24,000 bases of DNA from Acaryochloris marina S15. GTDB lineage: Bacteria; Cyanobacteriota; Cyanobacteriia; Thermosynechococcales; Thermosynechococcaceae. Below, in pieces: positions 1 to 9,148 of this stretch. Location of the stretch: NCBI RefSeq assembly GCF_018336915.1, contig NZ_CP064923.1, positions 931,046 to 955,045 on the forward strand, read 5' to 3'. Every line of letters begins with the position of its first letter. Position 1 is the first letter of the stretch. A program made the translations under genes and the position numbers. Under the pieces are notes generated by a model. It saw only the letters and a program-made list of their open reading frames with translations. It did no database searches and was not told the DNA's origin.

Positions 1-1
1 A

Positions 2-277
2 CTCATCAACGTCCTGTTAGGACAAATGAGCCTTGTGGGGCCTCGTCCATTGCCCATTAGAGATGTAGAACGGTTCGACTCCTGGCATCATATTCGCCAC
101 CATGTTGTCCCCGGCATGACGGGACTATGGCAGATTTCAGGTCGCTCAAAAGTTGGCAACTTCAATGAGGCGGCCCGCCTAGACCTGTATTACATCGATA
201 ACTGGTCCCTAAACCTGGACCTTGAGATATTGGTGGAAACGGCAAGAATAGTGTTGTTTGGCTATGGGGCGTACTAA
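2..277 (+). CDS. C-terminal fragment of a bacterial sugar transferase (undecaprenyl-phosphate hexose-1-phosphate transferase, WbaP/EpsL type); 5' end lies outside the window
   Basis: The frame is open from base 2 (LINVLLGQMSLVGPRP...). SLVGPRP, PGMTGLWQISGRS and LDLYYIDNWSL match the conserved C-terminal catalytic block of bacterial sugar transferases. Stop TAA at 275-277. Confidence 0.85.
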   Translation, partial: LINVLLGQMSLVGPRPLPIRDVERFDSWHHIRHHVVPGMTGLWQISGRSKVGNFNEAARLDLYYIDNWSLNLDLEILVETARIVLFGYGAY

Positions 278-958
278 ATTGTAGGGAAAAGTACCCACCA
301 TAAAAATAAAGTCCCTTCGGTATTAACGACCATCATGCCTGTAAAGGGGTAGACTCGCTAATTTGCGTCTTGCTCTTTCGAGACAAGTTGCCGTTTCGAG
401 GACTTAACTGAGCTATACGGGGGGATCGATAGCCCATCTGTATACGAGTATAAACCGATTTATTCTCCATGACTACAAATAGCCATTAAATTTCTATTTA
501 ATTTGCCCTATAGAAATGAATAAAAAGCGTGAAAAGACTTATGGGAAAGGATTACAGTAGATTAACATTCCCTTACAAAATCAGTTCTCACATTACAGGA
601 TGCTTGATTATTCTGCCAGACCTAAAAAGTGATATAAATCACATTCGCTTATCTTCAAACCCTTCAACAAGTGCCAGTTGTCGTGCAGCAATGAACGAGC
701 TGTTCATTGCTTAGCCTCAACATTTAGCGTTGGCACAATCCCTTCATTAAACCAATGGGTGTCTTATTCTGGGCCAATCGTCGGTCCTTTCAATTCTCAG
801 CTATTCCAGAGCACAGACCCTGGTGATTGATCTAAAAACTCCTATCACTAAAAATGCTGAAGTGGGTGCACAAAGCGTTCCTATATCAGTGACGACCCCC
901 TACTCGTATTTCAGAAGCAGCAACAGAGTCTGATGTTCGAACACATCTATACCAATTT

Positions 959-966
959 GCGATCGC
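959..966. repeat. HIP1 octamer GCGATCGC
   Basis: Exact match read from the sequence. Confidence 0.95.
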
Positions 967-1451
967 ATCATCCGCATCAGCAGGACTACCGTTGAAGGGG
1001 GATTCAATTCATACCGCGATCTTTAAACACCTCTGGCTAAATTTAGATCGTCTTATTGGGCGAACGTTGCACATTATCAGCCGATCAAAGTGAAACTCTG
1101 AGGTCCCATATTAAAAGAGTATCGTTCTTATTCAAAATGATCACAGAAGCTGGCAAATGTTGCTGAATTCATCTCCCCTAAACCATTGTGGAGATTGATT
1201 GTAAAAGATAGGAGTGATCACAGTAGATATGTCAGCGAGAACCCGAGGTCCATGGGCACCTGCGGTAGTGAATATCATGAATACGTCTGCTATCAATAGC
1301 CGGAATCTTATTTAGGAGTATGAAACAGACGATTAGCGTATGATCACTGGCTGCAACTCGCGACTCATCCTCTCAGTGCACATCTATCCTGAGATGGAAT
1401 AAACCCTGGTTGATCTCAAAGACCCGTTAGGTCTAAAACTTACATACGTAA

Positions 1452-2249
1452 CTAGACTTCCATTTGCATTGCAGCAGACTTTTGCAAAAGACCGACTAAC
1501 TCATCAATTCCTTTCTTAATTCGGCGAGTAACCGTAACGGGGCTAACGCCAATACGCTGAGCCACTTCTTGTCGAGAGAGTTGATGGACAAACACTGACT
1601 CGATCATTTCTCGGGTGCGATCTTCTAGCTGATCTAGTGCTTGCTGAAGTTCCAACCGATCTTCTTGGTTGGTTTGCATAATTTGGCACCGAGCATCCAT
1701 CAGAGTATCCCCTAGGGTCATCATGGAATCGGACTGTTGATGATGGCCGGAAGAGACACGAGCATTCAAGCTGAGAGGGACGCGATTAGAGGCGGCTAAC
1801 TTAACCGCTCGCCATTCCTGCATTGACAGATCGAGTTCGTCGGCAATTTCTTGATCGCTGGGATGACGTCCGAGTTCCATCGTCAATGCCTGGCGAACTT
1901 TTGCACCATCGCGGCTCAGCTGCTGCCATCGACGAGGGATGCGAACAGTATTGGCACGATCCCGTAAGAAGTGAAGAATTTCGCCTCTGATATAAGGAAC
2001 AGCAAAGGAGCTGAATGCATAACCTTGGGTGGGATCAAATCGCTCGATGGCAGTAATTAATCCTAGGAAACCACATTGCTCTAAATCTTCGTAGGGCTCT
2101 GCACATTGGTGAGCGAGGCGGTGAGCTACCTTGCGGACTAATCCCATATTCAAGCGGACCAAGCGGTTTCGGAGCTGAACAGAAGGTTTCTGGCGATAAG
2201 CAACCAGCATCTCCATTGTCTGGGACTGTAAGGAAGTTTGATAAGCCAT
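1452..2249 (-). CDS. sigF: Group-3 (SigF/SigB-type) sigma-70 family RNA polymerase sigma factor
   Basis: 265-aa ORF. Region 2 block GLITAIERFDPTQGYAFSSFAVPYIRGEILHFLRD and a C-terminal region 4 HTH (LSRQEVAQRIGVSPVTVTRRIKKG) are present. Size and N-terminus resemble cyanobacterial SigF from memory. AGGACG lies about 9 nt upstream of the ATG. Confidence 0.85.
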   Translation of the reverse strand: MAYQTSLQSQTMEMLVAYRQKPSVQLRNRLVRLNMGLVRKVAHRLAHQCAEPYEDLEQCGFLGLITAIERFDPTQGYAFSSFAVPYIRGEILHFLRDRANTVRIPRRWQQLSRDGAKVRQALTMELGRHPSDQEIADELDLSMQEWRAVKLAASNRVPLSLNARVSSGHHQQSDSMMTLGDTLMDARCQIMQTNQEDRLELQQALDQLEDRTREMIESVFVHQLSRQEVAQRIGVSPVTVTRRIKKGIDELVGLLQKSAAMQMEV

Positions 2250-2687
2250 AGTTTAATCGTCCTGATGTCCTGTACCTGGAAATCATTATCGAGATACTGA
2301 ACTTGAAAAACCATCGTTAATATACGGGACTTTATAAAAATAAATGGAAGAAGCCTACGCGTTATTACGTAAGTAGATTCCCGGACAGTCCATTTACATT
2401 CGGTAATAATTCGGGAGATATCAGTATTAACACGGAGCAGTAACGCTTTACCGGAGAAATAACTCCGTATATATACATTACCTAGACTATTATGTAGCGC
2501 TATAGGTCTAGGCGTTCATCCCCTTGCAGCATACCCAAAAAGCCTGCAGAGTTCACCCTGTATAAATAACTCCTTGCCTTTAAGGGTTACGGATAACCCT
2601 AACCTTGCTGCCTCCTACTTTTTAGGGAGATAAGGCAAAATAAGAGGTAGCAGACCAATAACAGAGTTTGTTTAAAAGAGGAAGTCC

Positions 2688-3419
2688 GTGAGTAATACAA
2701 GTAATTTTCGTAACGCCATTCAAGAGGCCAAACAAAACGCCCTCGTTGGCCCCAATGTTATTCAAAACGCCCTACCTTTCCTAGGCGCAGGATTAGTTTT
2801 AACTGCTGTCGGAGCATGGGGTGGTTTAAAAGTTATTTCTAATTCTGGCCTTCAAACTTACAATGCCACATATCTACCTGCCTCGATTCTGTTCATCGTG
2901 CTGTTTATTAGTTCCCAAATCGCTGCAACTAAGGGCAAAAATGATGTTGCCCTGCCTTTGCTTGCGACCTTTAGCCTAGTCAGCGGCTATACCCTATCAC
3001 TTCTAATGGAACTCGCTCTGAAAACCCCTGGAGTGGGTGAAACAGGGCTAGCTATTGCAGCGTTGAGTTGTGGCATTACTTTTATTGCCGCTCGTCCTAT
3101 CGGCGGTAATTTATCCGATGAAGATGGATTTGCCCTTACTAAAACATTTCAACTCGGGCTAGGTGCTTTACTAGTTGTGGTAATTGCCCAAGCCATATTG
3201 ATGTGGTTTGGCATTATTACCCCCAGCTGGATGGAAATTGGAATTTCCGGTTTTGGCGTCCTGTTATTTGTTGGGGCAGCTGTTGTTGACTTCTTCGTTC
3301 TGCCTAGAACCTATGAAGATGAGCAATATTTATCGGCTGCTTTATCGATGTATATGACCTACGTCAATCTGTTTATCTTTATTCTCAGATTCTTAATTGC
3401 AATCAATAGTAGAGACTAA
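2688..3419 (+). CDS. Bax inhibitor-1/YccA (TMBIM) family integral membrane protein
   Basis: 243-aa ORF with a GTG start and GAGG 6 nt upstream. About 7 hydrophobic helices, a polar N-terminus and a charged C-terminal tail (RFLIAINSRD) fit the BI-1/YccA family. A strong terminator hairpin follows. Confidence 0.75.
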   Translation: MSNTSNFRNAIQEAKQNALVGPNVIQNALPFLGAGLVLTAVGAWGGLKVISNSGLQTYNATYLPASILFIVLFISSQIAATKGKNDVALPLLATFSLVSGYTLSLLMELALKTPGVGETGLAIAALSCGITFIAARPIGGNLSDEDGFALTKTFQLGLGALLVVVIAQAILMWFGIITPSWMEIGISGFGVLLFVGAAVVDFFVLPRTYEDEQYLSAALSMYMTYVNLFIFILRFLIAINSRD

Positions 3420-3442
3420 CCATTTCGGCAGATAGTACTTTA

Positions 3443-3491
3443 GTTTCAAGGGGTTGGACGATCGTCCAGCCCCTTGAAACTTTTAAATTTT
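3443..3491 (+). terminator. Rho-independent terminator downstream of the BI-1-like gene
   Basis: GTTTCAAGGGGTTGGACG (3443-3460) pairs with CGTCCAGCCCCTTGAAAC (3463-3480). That is 17 Watson-Crick pairs plus one G:U, with the top pairs opening to form the loop. TTTTAAATTTT follows immediately. Confidence 0.7.
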
Positions 3492-3551
3492 GAACAGAGT
3501 CTTTATACATTAATAGGAGCAGCATTTAGGGAATATCAACCAGAGGGAAGG

Positions 3552-4133
3552 ATGATCGGTCAAACAATTTTGATGATGGCAGGGCTCAGTTTAGGTATGA
3601 GTTTAATGGCCAATAAACCGCCCATTTTCACCCCTCATTCGGTCCCTTCTCTCCTAGCTAGACCTCCCTATAATTGCTTGACCCGTGAGGTTTGGAGTCC
3701 GGCTAAACGGGCTTGGTGTGATCGCTTTGGTCCTCACTCTGAGCCTTGGCCTAAGGTTGCCCGACCTGAGATGTGGGAGAGGGATCGCAACCGCTATACG
3801 CCCATTCGCCTCAGCACCTTACCCAGTGATACCTCTTTAACGGGCACGGCTCCTAAGTCCATTGCCCTATCCCTTGTCGATTTACCAGAAACAGCAGGGA
3901 ACTCCCAAAAACAGACCTCCGTTTCCATTCAGCAAGGTCAGTCTGCCGTAGTGATGCTGTCTAATGTCGGTTTGGCAGATGATTCGGTGCAAGGCATCCG
4001 ATACCGCTTTGAATTTGAACCCCAGGGCATGATAGATAACGAGGAAAAATGGCAGCTAGTGTGGATGGGGCGACAGCAAATCTGTTGGCCCGGACGAGGG
4101 CCAGAAGAATGGACCAACCAGCCTTGTAGTTAA
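3552..4133 (+). CDS. Hypothetical exported protein (N-terminal hydrophobic signal-like segment, four Cys)
   Basis: The track ORF starts at TTG 3474, inside the terminator hairpin, so I prefer ATG 3552 (GAGG 5 nt upstream). The N-terminus MIGQTILMMAGLSLGMSLMANK looks like a signal peptide. I recognise no family. Confidence 0.5.
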   Translation: MIGQTILMMAGLSLGMSLMANKPPIFTPHSVPSLLARPPYNCLTREVWSPAKRAWCDRFGPHSEPWPKVARPEMWERDRNRYTPIRLSTLPSDTSLTGTAPKSIALSLVDLPETAGNSQKQTSVSIQQGQSAVVMLSNVGLADDSVQGIRYRFEFEPQGMIDNEEKWQLVWMGRQQICWPGRGPEEWTNQPCS

Positions 4134-4137
4134 TTAT

Positions 4138-5049
4138 TTAGGGATGGTGAGACCGATCGAGTACAGCATCTTCCCAGGACACAGGATCCTCAATGGGCTC
4201 TAAATGTGTCATTACATGGGTGCCGGGTAAAGCCGTCATAATCGCTTGTTCCAACACATCGCATAATTCATGGCCTTTTTGGACAGACCAATTTCCGGGC
4301 ACCAGAACATGAAAGGAGACAAAATTACGAGCCCCAGCTACACGGGTACGGAGAGCGTGAAACTGAATCCCCTGGGCTTGGTAGGCCGTTAAGGTTGCGC
4401 GAATAACGGCTTGGTCGGATTCAGGCAATGCACTGTCCATCAGCCCAGACATAGTTTCCCGAATGAGTTTGATGGATACCCAAACAATATTAATGGCAAC
4501 CAATAAGGCCATGATGGGATCGAGAATCAGCCACCCCGTCAGCTTAACAATCACCAAACCGGCCACCACCCCCACCGACGTCCAAACATCGGTTAATAGG
4601 TGATGGGCATCAGCTCGGAGGGTGATAGAGCGTAGCCGTTTCCCAGCTCGTAGTAAAACCCAAGCCACACCAGCATTGACGAGGGATGAAAGGATGGATA
4701 AGCCTAAGCCTAGTTCTAACTCTGCGATGGGTTGAGGATCCAGTATTCGGGGAATAGCAGTAATCGCAATGGTAATCGCGGCTACCAAAATCAGGAGTCC
4801 CTCTAAACCGCTGGAAAAATATTCGGCTTTAGAATGACCAAATGTATGTTCTTTATCGGGAGGCTGGGCAGCAACTGTGAGCGCCCAAAATGCTGCTAAT
4901 GCGGCAATTAAGTTCACACTAGACTCAGCCATATCCGAGAATAAGCCAACGGAAGAGGTGAGCTGATAGGCACCAAATTTGAGCCCCATTGTTACCAAAG
5001 AAGCAGCAATCGATAACAGAATATAGGTGCGGGCAGCCTTACTGCTCAT
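4138..5049 (-). CDS. Cation diffusion facilitator (CDF) family divalent-metal efflux transporter
   Basis: 303 aa with six N-terminal TM helices, the CDF signature around HTFGHSKAEYFSSGLEG, HHLLTD in TM5, and a cytoplasmic C-terminal domain. Confidence 0.9.
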   Translation of the reverse strand: MSSKAARTYILLSIAASLVTMGLKFGAYQLTSSVGLFSDMAESSVNLIAALAAFWALTVAAQPPDKEHTFGHSKAEYFSSGLEGLLILVAAITIAITAIPRILDPQPIAELELGLGLSILSSLVNAGVAWVLLRAGKRLRSITLRADAHHLLTDVWTSVGVVAGLVIVKLTGWLILDPIMALLVAINIVWVSIKLIRETMSGLMDSALPESDQAVIRATLTAYQAQGIQFHALRTRVAGARNFVSFHVLVPGNWSVQKGHELCDVLEQAIMTALPGTHVMTHLEPIEDPVSWEDAVLDRSHHP

Positions 5050-5064
5050 AACGTTCTCTATCCC

Positions 5065-6261
5065 TCAGCCCGTATACCAAAGGGTTTCAATTTTATGGGC
5101 CATATCTACGGCTATAGCCGGATCACCAGAGGATAATAACATTGTTGCATGCCCTAACTTCCGCCCAGGCCGATTTTCTGTCTTGCCATACCAATGGACG
5201 GACGTCTGGGGGAGGGCAGCAATAGCCTGTCGTTTTTGTAAATAATCATTGTGGCTGGTTTCAAATCCCAGCAGGTTTACCATGACGGCAGCGGAGGTCG
5301 TGAGGTGAGTTGGGCCTAAAGGCTGACCACTAATCGCCCGTAAATGCTGTTCAAATTGGGAGGTTGCACAGGCATCGATGGTGAGATGGCCAGAGTTATG
5401 GGTGCGGGGGGCAATTTCATTGACCCACACTTGGTCGTCAGCGGTTTGGAATAACTCAATCCCCACAATTCCCACCATATTAAGATGCTCTAATATCTGG
5501 GATGTGATGTGATCAATCTGCGCCTGGGTCGTGGATGACAACTGAACTGGAGCAATAGCCCAATGGCAAACCTGATCTTGCTGATGGGTTTCCACCACTG
5601 GGAACTGGGAAATCTCTCCCGTCGTAGAGCGAGCTGCCATGACCGCCAATTCCCGCTGAAAGGGAACATAAGCTTCCACCATCAACACAGACGGATCTTG
5701 CTGGGCTTGTTGCCAACATTGGGCGAGGTCTGCCGAGGTATGACAAACAAAAGTACCCTGACCATCATAGCCATTGCGTCGAGCCTTGATGACGACAGGG
5801 AACTCAAAAGATGGGGGCAGTGAGCCAGATGTCAGAGGTGCAAACTGGGGGACGGCTATCCCAAGGGAAGCGAAAAAGGTGCGTTGCTCATACTTATCGA
5901 GTAAGGGAGCTAGGCTGGCTAAGCTAGGGCGAAAGCAAACGCCTTGAGCTGCCAATTTCCCTAAGGCATCTAAATCAACAAACTCATTTTCGAAGGTAAT
6001 GATTTGGCAGTGTTGAGCGAGGTGAGCTGTAGCCGCGACATCCGTAATAGGAGCGAGAATGGCCTGCTGGTCTAGATCGACTACACTTTGTAGGGCTGAG
6101 TCAGAAGGGTTCGGCGTTTGAAAAACGAGGTTGAGGTCTAAGGATGGGGCAGCTTGATTCAACATCCAAGCTAGTTGGCCACCGCCCAAAATACCAACGG
6201 TGTGAATGGGCACTTGGGGTGACGTAGCGGCGGACGGGGTTGCGATCGCAAAATCAGACAT
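5065..6261 (-). CDS. purK: N5-carboxyaminoimidazole ribonucleotide synthase (ATP-grasp)
   Basis: 398 aa. It has the N-terminal VGILGGGQLAWML nucleotide-binding loop, ATP-grasp core (VIKARRNGYDGQGTF, VNEIAPRTHNSGH) and C-terminal HWYGK...RPGRKLGH typical of PurK. Confidence 0.9.
   Translation of the reverse strand: MSDFAIATPSAATSPQVPIHTVGILGGGQLAWMLNQAAPSLDLNLVFQTPNPSDSALQSVVDLDQQAILAPITDVAATAHLAQHCQIITFENEFVDLDALGKLAAQGVCFRPSLASLAPLLDKYEQRTFFASLGIAVPQFAPLTSGSLPPSFEFPVVIKARRNGYDGQGTFVCHTSADLAQCWQQAQQDPSVLMVEAYVPFQRELAVMAARSTTGEISQFPVVETHQQDQVCHWAIAPVQLSSTTQAQIDHITSQILEHLNMVGIVGIELFQTADDQVWVNEIAPRTHNSGHLTIDACATSQFEQHLRAISGQPLGPTHLTTSAAVMVNLLGFETSHNDYLQKRQAIAALPQTSVHWYGKTENRPGRKLGHATMLLSSGDPAIAVDMAHKIETLWYTG
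6242..6249. repeat. HIP1 octamer GCGATCGC
   Basis: Exact match read from the sequence. Confidence 0.95.
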
Positions 6262-6275
6262 AAAACCAATTGTTC

Positions 6276-6710
6276 TTAAAAGGCAGGTTCAGGCTCGGCT
6301 TCCGGGGGAGTTTCCGCAGCTACATCTTCTTGAACCCGTTCGGTATTGCCCATGGACACCCAACCTTCCACATCCTCGCCTTCCAGGTCAGCTTTAATCT
6401 TCTGCCATTTTTGGTCCGGTGATGCTTCAATCACAGTGACGGGCTCTTCGTATTCTAGGACTTTAATGACATCCGCATCCGAGGATCTTTCTTTTCTGAG
6501 GAATAAACCGTCAGGGTAAATAACGACTGCCGGATAGGGCTTGGGTTTAGCAGGCACTGCGGGTTTAGCGTCGTTCGGAAACTTAGGTTTTTGGGGGATT
6601 TGAGAAAATCGGTTTAGGTACAAATAGCCAGCACCGCCCACTGCTCCCCCAACAATTGCTAAACCCAAGATGACACCAATGACGATTTGAGCGATCTGAG
6701 ACGGTTTCAT
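6276..6710 (-). CDS. Membrane-anchored protein with Pro/Lys-rich linker and SH3b-like C-terminal domain
   Basis: 144 aa with one N-terminal TM helix (IAQIVIGVILGLAIVGGAVGGAGYLYL), a PKP-rich linker, then a small beta-rich domain (LRKERSSDADVIKVLEYEEPVTVIE...WQKIK...GWV) resembling bacterial SH3. It lies 14 nt upstream of purK on the same strand. Confidence 0.6.
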   Translation of the reverse strand: MKPSQIAQIVIGVILGLAIVGGAVGGAGYLYLNRFSQIPQKPKFPNDAKPAVPAKPKPYPAVVIYPDGLFLRKERSSDADVIKVLEYEEPVTVIEASPDQKWQKIKADLEGEDVEGWVSMGNTERVQEDVAAETPPEAEPEPAF

Positions 6711-6801
6711 ACAGGCATCAAGATGACAAAGTTAGTCAAATTCTAAGGGTAGAGAACAAGTAAGGGTTATTCAAATAAAAATCATGTTCAGCACAGTCAT
6801 A

Positions 6802-8325
6802 TTAATCCGGCTGTTGAAGTTGCCGCTGAATGCGCAAGCTTAGTGTACTATGCTTGGACGCTAATCGTGCTTTCCCCGATGCTGCCCAATCTTGCAGAAA
6901 TTCTACCTGTTCTTGAGCAGTACGAGCTAAAGGAATGATTTGGCTGGCGGCTTCTAAGATATCGTCCGTCGTAAAGTCTCGGTTCTGGCTAAATCCCAAA
7001 TGCATCGCTTCAATAATGCTCTGTTCCAGCTCAGCTCCAGAGAAATCTGGTGTTTCGTAAGCTAATCGCTGCAAATCATATTGGTTGAGGTTGTGGGGAC
7101 GTAACCGGGATAAATGCACCGAAAAGATCGCTTCCCGTTCTTCCTTCGTCGGCAAGCCCACAAAAAAGATCTCATCAAACCGCCCTTTTCGCAGCATCTC
7201 TGGGGGTAAAGACTGGATATTATTGGCCGTCGCCACCACAAAGACCGGAGAGGTTTTCTCCGCCAGCCAGGTAATAAAGGTACCAAACACCCGGCTGGTC
7301 GTCCCTGAGTCTCCCCGACCATCGATGCCCGCAAAGGCTTTATCAATTTCATCAATCCAGAGAATGCAAGGGGCTAAAGCCTCAGAAAGCTGAATCATTT
7401 GCCGGGTTCGGGACTCTGACTCCCCCACTAGTCCGGCAAATAGACGTCCCACATCTAGGCGCAACAGGGGCAGATGCCAATGATGAGCAATCGCCTTTGC
7501 CGTCAGGGATTTACCCGTCCCTTGAATTCCCACTAACAAGAGGCCGCGAGGATGGGGTAAACCGTATTGTCGAGCTTTCTCAGAGAATGATCCGCCTCGT
7601 CGGAACAGCCAATCCTTGAGATTATCAAGGCCACCAATATCAGAAATATTTTCCTGGGCAGGATAAAAATCCAGAATCTGAGTCTGGCGAATGGTTTGTC
7701 GTTTTTCCTCTAGAATCAGCTCAACATCATCTGCACTGAGCTGGCCGTGGGTTGCGATCGCACGGGACAATACCCGCCGAATTCGATCCATCGTTAACCC
7801 TTGACAGGAACGGGCCAAATCATCCAAATCCTTACCCGTCAGGGGATGAGAGGTGGCAGTCAGTAAACGTTCAACCTCAGACCGAATCTCTCCTACATCA
7901 GGCAGGGGGAAATCAATCACATGGACCACTTCACCTAAATCACGAGGAATCGCCACCTCACTGGCCAGCAGAACAATATTCTTGGGCTGCGACTTCAACA
8001 GTCGAGATAAATTGCGAAGCTTCCGAGCAATCGCCACATCTTCCAGAAACCGATTGAAATCTCGAAGGATAAAAATCGCAGGGGCGGACGGGGGTAACTG
8101 CTCAATCAGTTCTAGGGCCTGCAACGGATTGCGCTGACCAAATCCTGCATCCGTGGGATTCCCTTGATAGCCATCCACAAAGTCCCAAGTATAGACCGCT
8201 CGATTTCCCTGACGTTGGGCCGAATCCGCAATCACCGATTCAACGCGTTCTTCCTCCTGCGTAGGGATATAAATTAATGGATATCGGGCTCTGAGGAGTA
8301 ACTCAAACTCATGACTAAAGCTCAT
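6802..8325 (-). CDS. ycf46: Ycf46-type AAA+ ATPase
   Basis: 507 aa with Walker A GIQGTGKS and Walker B ILWIDEIDK. The size and N-terminus (FELLLRARYPLIYIPTQEEERVE) match my memory of the cyanobacterial/plastid Ycf46 family. Confidence 0.8.
   Translation of the reverse strand: MSFSHEFELLLRARYPLIYIPTQEEERVESVIADSAQRQGNRAVYTWDFVDGYQGNPTDAGFGQRNPLQALELIEQLPPSAPAIFILRDFNRFLEDVAIARKLRNLSRLLKSQPKNIVLLASEVAIPRDLGEVVHVIDFPLPDVGEIRSEVERLLTATSHPLTGKDLDDLARSCQGLTMDRIRRVLSRAIATHGQLSADDVELILEEKRQTIRQTQILDFYPAQENISDIGGLDNLKDWLFRRGGSFSEKARQYGLPHPRGLLLVGIQGTGKSLTAKAIAHHWHLPLLRLDVGRLFAGLVGESESRTRQMIQLSEALAPCILWIDEIDKAFAGIDGRGDSGTTSRVFGTFITWLAEKTSPVFVVATANNIQSLPPEMLRKGRFDEIFFVGLPTKEEREAIFSVHLSRLRPHNLNQYDLQRLAYETPDFSGAELEQSIIEAMHLGFSQNRDFTTDDILEAASQIIPLARTAQEQVEFLQDWAASGKARLASKHSTLSLRIQRQLQQPD
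7754..7761. repeat. HIP1 octamer GCGATCGC
   Basis: Exact match read from the sequence. Confidence 0.95.
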
Positions 8326-8584
8326 GGGACTAACCCTGAAATAGTGGATATCTTAAAAAGCAAGAATGTATGGTCACGAACTCCATCAATAGTGAGTAGA
8401 TAGATCCTGCTTGCCAATTTTACCTGGGTGTTGAAAAGGATTGCATCATGCAAGGATGTGGAAAACTGTCATCTCCCTCTGGGTAAACTGAGTTAACCGC
8501 CTTATCCATAGGAGATCTTGCACCAACCCAGGCTATCCCAATATGGGACATGGATATGAGGTCGGCATTTATTGGGGGAATCGC

Positions 8585-9148
8585 ATGTCCATTATTCAAT
8601 CGACAGACCTTGAAGCGCGAGGACTGCTCAACGATCAATCGTCAGCATTGCAGATCCAGGGCAAATGGTTTAAGCCTGGCCCTGCATTTACAAAATCCTT
8701 ACTGCAAACCGCGTTAGACTTCTGTAAGGATGCCCGGGAGCATGGACGACAGTATTTACTCATTGAATTCCCTACCTATTTCATGGCTTGGCAGCGAATT
8801 CGACCCAAAACATCCCCATCCCCCTCTCAGAAGCCCTCTACTGCCAAACCAACCCTTCCCACTCAAACACCACCGCCTCCCCCACCCAAGCAGACAGCCC
8901 AGCCCAACACACCTGCAGTAGAGCCACCGGATCTATCCACTAAAGCAACCCTTGCTAGTGTTAATCGAATCTTTATTAACCGGTGTAAAACGGAACTGGC
9001 AGTTCATGTTGGGCCCATGGCCGATTTCTTAACGGAACAAACTCTAAAACAGTCTCCTCATCTATCGCCCCAACAGCTTATTGAGGCTCTCGCCCTGCAA
9101 ATACCTGACACCAAAGCAGCTCTGGCTTTTCGCCAATCATTGGAGTAA
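8585..9148 (+). CDS. Hypothetical two-domain protein, tandem paralog 1 (Pro-rich linker)
   Basis: The track ORF begins at 8543. ATG 8585 (GGGGGAA 6 nt upstream) aligns residue for residue with the N-terminus of the downstream paralog (MSIIQSTDLEA vs MKVIQVQDLQA). The C-terminal block is FINRCKTELAVHVGPMADFL. Confidence 0.65.
   Translation: MSIIQSTDLEARGLLNDQSSALQIQGKWFKPGPAFTKSLLQTALDFCKDAREHGRQYLLIEFPTYFMAWQRIRPKTSPSPSQKPSTAKPTLPTQTPPPPPPKQTAQPNTPAVEPPDLSTKATLASVNRIFINRCKTELAVHVGPMADFLTEQTLKQSPHLSPQQLIEALALQIPDTKAALAFRQSLE

Noticed and set aside
529-714. 61-aa plus-strand ORF (GTG start) in the long intergenic region
   Set aside because: It has a low-complexity, Ser/Ile-rich composition, no ribosome-binding site, an AT-rich context, and it ends inside the 688-710 hairpin. 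Nothing supports coding beyond being open.
893-1090. 66-codon stop-free stretch in the ORF-free region (RPPTRISEAATESD...HLWLNLDRLIGRTLHIISRSK)
   Set aside because: It has no in-frame ATG or GTG, only two late TTG codons. A stop-free run of this length is expected by chance somewhere in six frames of 1.2 kb, since (61/64)^66 is about 4% per trial. It could be a gene remnant, but I cannot support that.
2035-2286. 83-aa ORF overlapping the 5' part of the sigma factor gene on the same strand in another frame
   Set aside because: It is an out-of-frame shadow of a well-supported gene. It is Arg/Ser/Pro-rich and has no independent signal.
2583-2600. Hairpin AGGGTTA-cgga-TAACCCT in the 5' region of the BI-1-like gene, with nearby CCTCCT/AGGGAG-like complementarity
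   Set aside because: The stem is short at 7 bp and the additional pairings are imperfect. I cannot match it to a riboswitch or attenuator class by eye.
4131-4140. Convergent stop codons only 4 nt apart (TAA 4131-4133 and TAA on the minus strand at 4138-4140)
   Set aside because: Tight convergent packing is common in compact bacterial genomes, and I see no structured element here.
4138-5064. 6S RNA (ssaA) downstream of purK, an arrangement I recall from some cyanobacteria
   Set aside because: purK is followed after 15 nt by the CDF transporter gene, which leaves no room for a 6S RNA of about 180 nt.
5027-6397. ORFs 5027-5245, 5513-5746, 5563-5823 and 6206-6397, antisense or out of frame within purK and its neighbours
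   Set aside because: They lie entirely within, or antisense to, confidently identified genes. Their composition is typical of frame shadows.
7062-8137. ORFs 7062-7355, 7085-7393, 7752-8057 and 7853-8137 inside ycf46
   Set aside because: They are shadows of the AAA+ gene, in alternative frames or on the opposite strand, with Arg/Ser/Pro-rich translations.
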